From Eubacteriales bacterium (GTDB lineage Bacteria > Bacillota > Clostridia > Oscillospirales > CAG-272): a stretch of DNA of 64,000 bases. Location of the stretch: NCBI GenBank assembly GCA_045123975.1, contig JBGVKV010000063.1:15070-79069 (forward strand), written 5' to 3'. This document shows, piece by piece, positions 51,785 to 60,101 of this stretch (within the stretch, counting starts at the first letter, position 1; the number at the start of each line of letters is the position of its first letter). The notes under the pieces were generated by a model, which saw nothing but the letters and a program-made list of their open reading frames with translations, ran no database searches and had not been told where the DNA came from. The position numbers and the translations under genes are program-made.

Positions 51785-53617
51785 TTACCAGCCGCCGCCG
51801 GGGTGCGGTCTTCCGCCACCCGGTCCGCCCGGGCCGCCGCCCATACCGCCGAATCCGCCGCGGACACCATAGATGATAGACGTCATCTCGATTTCCGCCA
51901 GGGTTTTCTCGGGCGTCACGGGAATGCTCTGAGCAAAGCCGAAATCATCGGTTTCCTCTACCGTACAGGTGACGAGGGCGTACGTTTCCCCTTCCAGAAT
52001 GCCGGGGGCACTGATTACCACATTGTTGAATGTCTTGGGGGAGGTGAACGCAACGATGGCTGTGCCGCTCTCATCGCAAAGGGCGATGGTGGTACCGGCG
52101 GGTTGTGCCGTCGTATTGGTCATAAGAGCACCTTGGGTGGCCTCGCTGACGTTCTGGGCCATGCCGGCCGCACCGCAGACTACCAGCACACCGCCGGTGA
52201 CGGAGCATTTGCTGTCGTAGTCCAGCGCACCGTTTCCGTTGTTGGTGGGACCGCTGATCAGGGTGATACCGCCGGAGATTTCAATAGTGCCGTTGGCATC
52301 AATGCCGTCACCCGAGGCGTTGACGAACAGATATCCGCCGAGGATCTCGATTTTCGCCGTGGAGGTGGAGAAGGGATTTCCGCCGGGGCGTCCGTTCCAG
52401 GAGGAATCGCCGTCGTTTCCGCCGGCAGCGTTGATGCCGTCGTCGGATGCCACAACGGAGATGACGCCGCCGGTGATGCGGATATCGGTGGCTTCCAGTC
52501 CCTCGTAGCTTTTCGCAATATCGAGGATGCTGCCGGAGATCTCCAGCATCGCATCGGCGTGAATAGCGTCGTCCCCGGTTTTGACGGAAAGCGCACCGCC
52601 GTGGAGATACACGTTCCCGCCGGCGTGGATGGCATCATCTGCGGAATCCAGTACGAGGGTGCCGCCGCTTACGAGGATATCCCCGTCGCACTTCAGTCCC
52701 TTGGCGCTGGAGGAGTTTGAGGATAACTTCCGGCCGCTGCCGCCGCCGGTTTTGATCGTAAGAGTACCGCCGTCCACCTTCAGGCCAGTGATAGCCTCGA
52801 AGCCGTCGTTGCCCGCTTCAACGGATATATTGCCGCCGCTGATCCAGATGTAACCCAGTGCGGAATCCTTATCGTTGGTGGCGCGGAGGCCGTTTTTCTT
52901 TGCGTTTACGGTGAGTGTGCCGCCCGCGATCTTCACGCAGTCCTTGCCGTCTATACCGGTAGAAGCGGCATTCACGGTGATGATGCCGCCGGCGATCACC
53001 AGATCATCCTTGGACACGATGCCGTGCTTATAATTTCCGTTGACCTGCAAAGTGCCGCTTCCGTTGATCGTGAGATCTTCCTTGGAGAAGATGGCGGCAT
53101 CCACAGACGAATCGGAGGAGGCGCTGGCGTCGGAGAGGGCGTTGATCGATCCTTCCGCTAACGTGAGGAATGCCTTATCCGCCTGCTGAATATGGAGCGG
53201 TGCACCGCTTTTTGCACTCAGCATCAGTCCGTTCAGTACCAGCTGTATCTTGTGATCTTTGGGGGCGTTGACCACGATAGCGCCGTTCTTGCATTCGCCT
53301 GCCAGCACATAGGTGCCCTCGGCGGTGATCGTGACGGTAGTGCCGCTCGCCTGAATGCCCTCACCGGTGACGGTGGCGCCGTTGTCCGTGAAGGCGGCTG
53401 TGCCCGACACGGTTTCATAGGAGGGATCCATGTCCCGGGAGGACAGGGAATACTCCAGCACCGGCGCGGTGGAGATGCCTGTTTCCGGAGTGGTTTCGAC
53501 ACGGGGAGGCAGGATCACGGGCGGTGTGGTTTCCGCCGGAGGGGTATCGGGAGTGCATCCCGCCACAGACAAAAGCAGTGCCGTCAGGCAGGACAGCACG
53601 CAAATAGTGCGTTTCAT
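51785..53617 (-). CDS. secreted lipoprotein with parallel beta-helix repeats (Cthe_2159-like carbohydrate-binding family)
   Basis: The start at 53617 gives the lipoprotein signal MKRTICVLSCLTALLLSVAGC. Recurrent motifs GDDAIHA, SDDGINA and GDGIDANG are spaced about 22-25 aa apart. The C-terminal tail is Gly/Pro-rich: GGFGGMGGGPGGPGGGRPHPGGGW. Confidence 0.7.
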   Translation of the reverse strand: MKRTICVLSCLTALLLSVAGCTPDTPPAETTPPVILPPRVETTPETGISTAPVLEYSLSSRDMDPSYETVSGTAAFTDNGATVTGEGIQASGTTVTITAEGTYVLAGECKNGAIVVNAPKDHKIQLVLNGLMLSAKSGAPLHIQQADKAFLTLAEGSINALSDASASSDSSVDAAIFSKEDLTINGSGTLQVNGNYKHGIVSKDDLVIAGGIITVNAASTGIDGKDCVKIAGGTLTVNAKKNGLRATNDKDSALGYIWISGGNISVEAGNDGFEAITGLKVDGGTLTIKTGGGSGRKLSSNSSSAKGLKCDGDILVSGGTLVLDSADDAIHAGGNVYLHGGALSVKTGDDAIHADAMLEISGSILDIAKSYEGLEATDIRITGGVISVVASDDGINAAGGNDGDSSWNGRPGGNPFSTSTAKIEILGGYLFVNASGDGIDANGTIEISGGITLISGPTNNGNGALDYDSKCSVTGGVLVVCGAAGMAQNVSEATQGALMTNTTAQPAGTTIALCDESGTAIVAFTSPKTFNNVVISAPGILEGETYALVTCTVEETDDFGFAQSIPVTPEKTLAEIEMTSIIYGVRGGFGGMGGGPGGPGGGRPHPGGGW

Positions 53618-53808
53618 AATGATTCCTCGGCAATTACGGAAGATTTTCTTCATCATACTATATGTTGCGCTTGATTTCAAGTGAGAAATTGTTAGTATTT
53701 CGTAAAATCCGAAAAATTGGAAAAGGGAAATCTGCCGCCGAGCCTTTCCTTTTTCACAAAAATGTATTATAATGGAGGCAGAATCAAAATCCGTCAGGAG
53801 GTATCGCT

Positions 53809-54384
53809 GTGTATAACTGGGATACGTTGGAGGAGCAGTGCAAGGGATGTACCCGCTGTGCGCTGCACAAGGAAAGAACGAACTGTGTATTCGGGACAGG
53901 CTCCCGTGAGGCAAAGTTGATGTTCGTGGGGGAAGCGCCCGGCGCGAAAGAGGATGAAACCGGTATCCCCTTCGTAGGCGCTGCCGGAAAGCTTTTGGAC
54001 AAGTATCTGTGCGCCGTGGGAATCTCCCGGGAGGAGGTCTACATAGCCAATATACTGAAATGCCGTCCGCCGGCCAACCGGGATCCTCTGCCCGAGGAGC
54101 AGGACGCCTGCATTGAATACCTGCGGGAGCAGGTGCGGCTGATCCAGCCGAAGGTGATTGTCTGTCTGGGACGGATCTCCGCCATGCGGCTGATCAAGCC
54201 CGACTTCAAGATCACGAAAGAGCACGGCGTATTTTTCAGAAAAAACGACTATACCCTGTGCGCTGTATACCATCCGGCCGCGCTTTTGCGGGATCCTCGG
54301 AAGAAAGAGGATATGTACACCGACATGAAGAACATCGCCGCCTTTTTGCAACAGGGGGCGCCTGCCGGGGAAAATGAGGACTAA
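53809..54384 (+). CDS. uracil-DNA glycosylase, family 4
   Basis: Cys ligands CKGCTRCALH, motif A GEAPGAKED, and motif B HPAALLR. The start codon is GTG. Confidence 0.88.
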   Translation: MYNWDTLEEQCKGCTRCALHKERTNCVFGTGSREAKLMFVGEAPGAKEDETGIPFVGAAGKLLDKYLCAVGISREEVYIANILKCRPPANRDPLPEEQDACIEYLREQVRLIQPKVIVCLGRISAMRLIKPDFKITKEHGVFFRKNDYTLCAVYHPAALLRDPRKKEDMYTDMKNIAAFLQQGAPAGENED

Positions 54385-54429
54385 ATTGTAAATTTATGTG
54401 GAATTTGCGACTTTGTTGCAATTTATCCA

Positions 54430-54457
54430 TTGACATATTGAAATCCTTTGCTATACT
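54430..54457 (+). promoter_or_regulatory. sigma-A promoter (TTGACA-16-TATACT) of the SLH protein gene
   Basis: ttgaca at 54430-54435 and tatact at 54452-54457. An AT-rich leader of about 85 nt follows. Confidence 0.6.
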
Positions 54458-54543
54458 ATTAGTTAGAGATTTTATGCAGTTGTATTATGATTTCTTATGC
54501 AATTGCAAAATGTTTCCAATCAATCTTTATATGGAGAATGAGT

Positions 54544-57500
54544 ATGAAGAAACTTTTATCCGCAATTCTCACGATTTGCCTGGTTCTGTCCTGTGCGGCA
54601 CCGGCACTCGCTGCCTCCTTCCCCGATCTGGAGGCTCGCCATGCCTGGGCGGTTCCCGCTATCGATTATATGATGAGCAAGGGCATCGTTAACGGCTATG
54701 AGGACGACACTTTCCGTCCCGACCGTACCGTTACCCGTGTTGAGTTCATCAAGATGCTCAATATGACCTTCGGTCTGACGGCTACTGCCGCCATTCCCTA
54801 TACCGACGTACCCGCGGATCAGTGGTACGCTCCTTACGTAAAGCAGGCCGTTGCGCAGGGATATCTTTTGAACTACGGTTCTCTCCTCAATCCCAACGGT
54901 GCTCTGAGCCGTCAGGAAGCGGCTGCACTTCTGGTTCGCTATCTGAATCCGGATGAGAGCCTGAAAGCGTCCTCTACCACCTTTACGGACTATTCCTCCG
55001 TTAAGGCGGCTTACCGTGACTACGTGCTGCTGGCTGCCGGTATCGGTCTGATCAACGGCTACGAGGATGATACCTTCAAGCCCGATAAGACGCTGAACCG
55101 TGCCGAGGCACTGACCATTCTGTACCGCGCTGCCGGTATGATCTGCAACGATAACGTGGTAGAGACCGAAGCAGGTGCCGGTGACAAGAATGCCGTTATT
55201 ATCAAGAACAACATCACCGTGACCGGTGCGTATCTGCCGGGCCGTGTGATCATTACCGAGGGTGTCAGCGGCGGTACCGTTACTCTCAGCGAGTGCCAGA
55301 TCGGCGAGTTGATCGTTCGCGGAACTCCCACCGTGATCCTCTCCGGATGTACTGTGGACTCCCTGATCGTGGATTGCTCCAGCAAGGGCAAGACCGCTCC
55401 CCTCTCTCTGCTGGCCGGCACCGTTGTGAAGGATATGACCCTTCGCACGCCTGCGGACATCAGCACCGCATCCCGTACTACCCTGACCAAGCTGACCGTA
55501 GAATCGGGCGCATCCCGTTCCACCCTCGGCGGCAACGGTACCTTCACCAATGCAGTGATCAACGCAAGCGGATTCGTTTCCGATAAGATGCCTACCAACT
55601 ATACTCTGGGCCTCGGCATCAGCGCAACCTTTGCTGGCTCCGTATATACCTCCAGCTCCACTCCTTCCGCCAGCGACACCGGCTTTACTGCCCAGCCCAG
55701 TCTGTATACGTCTTCTTCCTATACGTATCTGACGCTGACGGCTGCCAAGGCCGGTACGGTACATTATTACTACACCAATAGCGCTACAATTCCTACGGCA
55801 GAGCTGTTTGATAACTATTATGCCGTGGCTGCCGTGCGTTCCAACTTTATGGTTTCCGCCAACCGCTCTCTGGATACTCAGATCGGCTCCACCGCCGCTG
55901 TGGGAAGCTACTCTCACGTGGTTGTGAAGTTTACGGATACCCTGGGCGTTGACTACCAGCCCGTCGTTCTCAGCAACCAGTCCTCCAGCGGATTTACCGT
56001 AGCACCTACCGTATCCACCAACGGCAGCTATCAGTATCTGTCCTTTACGCCTGCCATTGACGGTACGCTGTACTACTTCTACACCAACAGTTCCACTCCT
56101 CTGACCGCCTCTTCCTTTGCATCGGCTCTTACCTCCGGTACGGCTATGCATAGGGGTGATATCGACGTGACCACGGGTAAGGCTGTGAGCACCGCGCTTG
56201 CCGTTGCCTCCACCGTAAGCAATTACGCCTACGTGGCTGTGATGCTGGAAGACAATATGGCCAAGACGTACCAGCCCGTGCTGATCCCCACCGGCGGTAC
56301 CGGTGTAAACTCTGCTACCGGATTTACCGATAGCCCTTACTGCAACACCCTGAACAACGGTGTGGCTCTCGGATTTACGCCTACCTATTCCGGTGTGGTT
56401 GAGTATTACTTCACCACCGGCTCTACAGTACCTACCACGTCCGAATTTGAGTACTATAAGTCCATCTCCCAGGTAACTCTCACCGGTTCTGTGCAGGTTA
56501 CCGCCGGTACGGCAAGCTACTCTCCTCTTTTGAATACGGTGAATCCCACTATGTATCCGTATATCGTTATCCGCCTGAAATCCACCAGCGGTACCGCATA
56601 TACTCCCGTAGTGATCCGTATTAGCACAACCTCCGGCAGCGGTTCCACTACCCCCGGTACCTCCGGCAGCGGCTTTGTTACTATGCCTACCGTTACCTAC
56701 GCAGCCGGTAAGCTCGTTCTGAACTTCCAGGCAAGCATGAGCGGCACCGTATACTATTATCTGACTACCAGCCCCAATTCCCCCGGCTCCGCCTTCATGG
56801 GTAACTACAATTCTTCCACCAGCACAATGGTTTCCACCAAGCTGGGCGGAATTTTCACCGCAACCGGTATGGCACAGTCTCAGCAGACCGTCCTTTCCAC
56901 CGGCCTCAGTGAAGATTACAATTATATGGCAATTATGCTTCAGTCCGGCAATACCGCGTACACCCCCGTGGTAGTACCCGTACCGGACGTGGAAGCCGTT
57001 GTGATTCAGGATACCGGCTTCGTTGTCGGACCGATCTACAATGAATACACAGCATCCAGACATCAGATCGAGTTTGCCACCAGTGTAAAGGGTACCGTAT
57101 GGTACTACTTCACTGATTCTGCCGATGTTCCTACGACCAAAGCAGTTATCGAGACGGTTCTCTATGGCGGCGACAACATTTATGATCGCGGCAGACAGCC
57201 GGCCAATAAGATGACCTCCACGCTGATGCCCTTGAGCGTCGACGGAAATCTCCCCGGATACGTGGTAATGATGTTGGTGGACGAGAATGATAATCATTAC
57301 AAGCCCATCGTTCTTACTACCAGCGGTATGTACGGTGCGTCTTCCGTTACCAGCGGCTTCGTTGAGAGAGATAATGCACTTTCCGTTACCGTGAACGGAA
57401 CAACTCCCATTTTGAACTACACCTGCACGGAAACCGGTAAGCTGTATTACTTCTTTACCAACAATGCGTCTTCCATCAATACGATGTGGGACTTCTTCAT

Positions 57501-58392
57501 GGATGGCTTCGGCCGCGGATATCTGGCCACCTCTTCGGACGGTGTAAGAGGCACGATCGACCTCTCCGTCGGTAAGGGCAGTGTAGCGCTTCCCGTAAGC
57601 AAGTCCATCTCCTCCTATACGCACGTTGTCATCATGCTGCAGAACAGCGCATATGCGCCCGGTGGATACCGCAAGCCCCTTGTTATCGCATTGAACGCAA
57701 CTGGCAGCAGCGGTACCTCCTCCGGCTACAGCGGTTTCTCTACCTCTCCGTATCTGTCCGGTACCAGCGTATACTTCACGCCCAAAACCACCGGTACCGT
57801 TTATTACGGCTTTACTCAGACCAATGATACCTCTGCACTGTATGCGAACTGGGGTCTGGGAAGCCTCGGTGCTCTTGGCGGCACCATCGGTACGGCAAAC
57901 GTCTCCGCTTACCTGGCATCCTCCAACTATGGCGGCAGCATGCCCATCTCCTGGGCGGGCTACACCCAGTCCATTGCGATTCCTTCTACCAACCTTATAA
58001 ACTATAAGTATATGGCAATCTGGACCGTGGACACCTCCGACACTATGTCGAAGATTGAATTCGTTCCGCTGAGCAATACCTCCATCGGCGGCACGACCAC
58101 ATCCGGTACCGGATTCCTGGTGGCTCCTTCTTATAATTCGTACACCCGTCAGCTTTCCTTCACTCCTTCTGCAGCGGGTACGGTAGCGTACGTGTGCTCC
58201 GATTCCACCAGCATCACTACCTACGAACAGTTTGTGACCGCATTCAACAATGCTACCGTCAGAAACACGATGACCGTCAGTGCCCTGCAGCCCACCACGA
58301 TGACCGTTAGCGCATCCCTGAACAAGTACGTGTGGGTAATGCTGATCACTGTAGACGGCAACTACACTCCCGTTCGTATTCAGTTGTACTGA
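54544..58392 (+). CDS. large cell-surface protein: signal peptide, three SLH domains, beta-helix-like spacer, eight tandem uncharacterised modules
   Basis: The signal peptide is MKKLLSAILTICLVLSCAAPALA. SLH motifs are FPDL...GIVNGYEDDTFRPD, YTDV...WYAPYV and FTDY...GLINGYEDDTFKPD. Total length is 1282 aa from the ATG at 54544. Confidence 0.9.
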   Translation: MKKLLSAILTICLVLSCAAPALAASFPDLEARHAWAVPAIDYMMSKGIVNGYEDDTFRPDRTVTRVEFIKMLNMTFGLTATAAIPYTDVPADQWYAPYVKQAVAQGYLLNYGSLLNPNGALSRQEAAALLVRYLNPDESLKASSTTFTDYSSVKAAYRDYVLLAAGIGLINGYEDDTFKPDKTLNRAEALTILYRAAGMICNDNVVETEAGAGDKNAVIIKNNITVTGAYLPGRVIITEGVSGGTVTLSECQIGELIVRGTPTVILSGCTVDSLIVDCSSKGKTAPLSLLAGTVVKDMTLRTPADISTASRTTLTKLTVESGASRSTLGGNGTFTNAVINASGFVSDKMPTNYTLGLGISATFAGSVYTSSSTPSASDTGFTAQPSLYTSSSYTYLTLTAAKAGTVHYYYTNSATIPTAELFDNYYAVAAVRSNFMVSANRSLDTQIGSTAAVGSYSHVVVKFTDTLGVDYQPVVLSNQSSSGFTVAPTVSTNGSYQYLSFTPAIDGTLYYFYTNSSTPLTASSFASALTSGTAMHRGDIDVTTGKAVSTALAVASTVSNYAYVAVMLEDNMAKTYQPVLIPTGGTGVNSATGFTDSPYCNTLNNGVALGFTPTYSGVVEYYFTTGSTVPTTSEFEYYKSISQVTLTGSVQVTAGTASYSPLLNTVNPTMYPYIVIRLKSTSGTAYTPVVIRISTTSGSGSTTPGTSGSGFVTMPTVTYAAGKLVLNFQASMSGTVYYYLTTSPNSPGSAFMGNYNSSTSTMVSTKLGGIFTATGMAQSQQTVLSTGLSEDYNYMAIMLQSGNTAYTPVVVPVPDVEAVVIQDTGFVVGPIYNEYTASRHQIEFATSVKGTVWYYFTDSADVPTTKAVIETVLYGGDNIYDRGRQPANKMTSTLMPLSVDGNLPGYVVMMLVDENDNHYKPIVLTTSGMYGASSVTSGFVERDNALSVTVNGTTPILNYTCTETGKLYYFFTNNASSINTMWDFFMDGFGRGYLATSSDGVRGTIDLSVGKGSVALPVSKSISSYTHVVIMLQNSAYAPGGYRKPLVIALNATGSSGTSSGYSGFSTSPYLSGTSVYFTPKTTGTVYYGFTQTNDTSALYANWGLGSLGALGGTIGTANVSAYLASSNYGGSMPISWAGYTQSIAIPSTNLINYKYMAIWTVDTSDTMSKIEFVPLSNTSIGGTTTSGTGFLVAPSYNSYTRQLSFTPSAAGTVAYVCSDSTSITTYEQFVTAFNNATVRNTMTVSALQPTTMTVSASLNKYVWVMLITVDGNYTPVRIQLY
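55681..58389 (+). repeat. eight divergent tandem protein-coding modules (93-126 aa each) inside the SLH protein gene
   Basis: Modules begin at nt 55681, 55990, 56320, 56671, 57016, 57355, 57733 and 58111. Each opens with GF(T/V/S/L) and carries a GT(V/L)xYY(Y/F)T-like strand and a terminal Y-x-P-(V/I)-V motif. Confidence 0.8.
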
Positions 58393-58403
58393 TAAGATCT
58401 ATA

Positions 58404-58435
58404 AAAACGGCTGCCTTCGGGCAGCCGTTTTGTTT
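58404..58435 (+). terminator. rho-independent terminator
   Basis: aaaa-acggctgcc-ttcg-ggcagccgt-tttgttt. Confidence 0.85.
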
Positions 58436-58460
58436 ATGCTTGTTTTGTTTATCACAAACA

Positions 58461-58500
58461 AAAAGGGCTGTCGCATCGAAATGCAACAGCCCCTTTTTTT
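58461..58500 (-). terminator. terminator hairpin for the minus-strand phosphoesterase gene
   Basis: aaaa-gggctgtcgcat-cgaa-atgcaacagccc-cttttttt, with one mismatch in the stem. Confidence 0.6.
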
Positions 58501-59017
58501 ATCCGATGGCACTGCCGTGTCCGGCAGAGATCTGTCCGTTTACAATGTGGATCACGCCGTAGGAGTGGTTCTGGCTCCTTCCCACCGAGCCGGGATTGAA
58601 CAGGAATACGTTCTTCTCGGGATCCCAGGGCGAGGAAACGGATCGGCTTTCCGGCACGTGGGTGTGGCCGAATAAGATTCCGTCCACGCCGTGCTTTTGC
58701 GCCAAAAGGAGCATCTGTCCGTATCCGGATTTGGCACCGGCCGTGTGGCCGTGGAGGATCAGAAACCGAAGCCCGCCCAACGTGATTACCTCTTCCTCCG
58801 GCGCGTCAATGCCGCCGGCCGCAAGACGCAAGGGGGAATCGCAGTTGCCCCGCACGGTATAGGAGAGAATGTCGGGATACTCGCTGAATACGGTGACCGC
58901 GTCCAGCACGCCGTCACCGAGAAAGAGCAGCGCATCTGCCTGCCCACCGTGCTGCCGGAGTGCGGTGCGGATATAAGACGGTGATCCGTGGGAATCGGAA
59001 AAAACGAGAATTTTCAT
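58499..59017 (-). CDS. YfcE/MJ0936-family metallophosphoesterase
   Basis: The start at 59017 gives MKILVFSDSHG...LGDG...RGNCD...LHGH...FGHTH, which is the full calcineurin-like motif set. Length is 172 aa. Confidence 0.85.
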   Translation of the reverse strand: MKILVFSDSHGSPSYIRTALRQHGGQADALLFLGDGVLDAVTVFSEYPDILSYTVRGNCDSPLRLAAGGIDAPEEEVITLGGLRFLILHGHTAGAKSGYGQMLLLAQKHGVDGILFGHTHVPESRSVSSPWDPEKNVFLFNPGSVGRSQNHSYGVIHIVNGQISAGHGSAIG

Positions 59018-59095
59018 AAAGATCTCCCTTGCCGTAGGATAAGAATGGCAAAATTTGCTTTGGTGCATATAGTGGAAATAAAGGGGGTGTTTGAG

Positions 59096-59335
59096 ATGAA
59101 ACTGGATCGAAAGACGATCACCATGCTGTCCGGAATGCCCAACGACCGGCTGTGGAGTACGCTGAAGCTGTTTGCCTCGGGGATGGGGATGGAGCTGTCG
59201 GAGCGCAAGCGGCACCGCATCGATTACGATGCGCTTCGCTATACGCTGTCCCGGATTACGGACGAGGATATTTGTCGGGTGAACGAGATCAGCGAAACCT
59301 ATAAAGATTATTCGCGGGGAGGTATGCGGCGGTGA
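59096..59335 (+). CDS. hypothetical protein (79 aa)
   Basis: ATG at 59096 with RBS aaggggg upstream. Its stop overlaps the next start (GTGA). Confidence 0.45.
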   Translation: MKLDRKTITMLSGMPNDRLWSTLKLFASGMGMELSERKRHRIDYDALRYTLSRITDEDICRVNEISETYKDYSRGGMRR

Positions 59336-59730
59336 GTGCAGATATTCCGAACATGTCGGGGGAGGAATTGCAGGGGGCGGTACAGAGTATCCTGTCCAAC
59401 CCCGCCTTTTCCCAGATTCTGGGCCAGTTGCAGGGAAAGAGCGGCGGGGAGGAAGCGCCGGCACCTGCTGTGCCTGCCATTACCCCGGAGATGATGCAGA
59501 AGCTGCCGCAGATGATGTCCGCCCTGGCGCCGCTGGTGGGCGGCAAAGGGGAGGAAAAATCCTCCGGCGGCAAGAAAGAACCGAATGAAGGAGAAAAGCG
59601 CAAGCGGCTTCTATCGGCCCTGCGGCCTTATCTGAGCGATAATCGCCGTGAGGCGTTGGATCAGGTCCTGAAGGTGACGGAGATGACGGATCTTCTCGGC
59701 ACCTTGGGGGATATGAAGGGGAAATCCTAA
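59332..59730 (+). CDS. hypothetical protein (132 aa), Gly/Glu/Lys-rich centre
   Basis: GTG start coupled to the upstream stop. The C-terminal helix reads KRKRLLSALRPYLSDNRREALDQVLKVTEMTDLL. Its stop overlaps the next ATG (TAATG). Confidence 0.45.
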   Translation: MSADIPNMSGEELQGAVQSILSNPAFSQILGQLQGKSGGEEAPAPAVPAITPEMMQKLPQMMSALAPLVGGKGEEKSSGGKKEPNEGEKRKRLLSALRPYLSDNRREALDQVLKVTEMTDLLGTLGDMKGKS

Positions 59731-60101
59731 TGTACAGCCGGAGCCGAATGGGGGGCGGGGAAGAGCGGTATACGGAGAATCTTCCCCCCGTGTACAACGG
59801 AAACCGTTTTTCGTATGCGAGACGGGAGCACTCAAGCGATTCGTTTTCGATCACTCCGCCACCGCAGGAACCTATCGTGATCGGGGCGGAGGAAATCCGG
59901 GACGAAGATGGCCCGTGCGAGGATGTGATCGGGGAAGATAAGGAATGCGCAACTCCGCCGTCCTCGCCGACAGGCGGAATCCTATCGGGAATCGGACAGG
60001 AGGAAATCATTCTGCTGGCACTACTGCTTCTCCTCAGTGCCGAGCACGAGCGTTCGATGGACGTTATCGTAATTCTGCTCCTTCTCATCGGTATCCATTA
60101 A
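59730..60101 (+). CDS. hypothetical protein (123 aa) with C-terminal hydrophobic Leu-rich segment
   Basis: Translationally coupled ATG. Third-position G+C is similar to neighbouring genes. The last 27 codons overlap the convergent 391-aa gene. Confidence 0.4.
   Translation: MYSRSRMGGGEERYTENLPPVYNGNRFSYARREHSSDSFSITPPPQEPIVIGAEEIRDEDGPCEDVIGEDKECATPPSSPTGGILSGIGQEEIILLALLLLLSAEHERSMDVIVILLLLIGIH

Noticed and set aside
54415-54517. Possible invertible (phase-variable) promoter upstream of the SLH gene: ttgcaatt (54415-54422) and aattgcaa (54510-54517) flank the promoter
   Set aside because: The inverted repeat is only 8 bp in very AT-rich DNA, so a chance occurrence is likely. No site-specific recombinase gene is present anywhere in the window.
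54556-57624. 1022-aa ORF on the minus strand, the longest antisense ORF in the window
   Set aside because: It is exactly antisense to the SLH surface-protein gene, which has a signal peptide, SLH motifs, a promoter, an RBS and a terminator. The antisense product is Gly/Arg/His/Val-rich with no start context. Long stop-free antisense frames are expected when the sense strand is GC3-rich.
55681-58389. Diversity-generating retroelement targeting the variable segments of the SLH-protein modules
   Set aside because: The window has no reverse transcriptase gene and no template-repeat/variable-repeat DNA pair. Module divergence is spread over the whole length at the DNA level.
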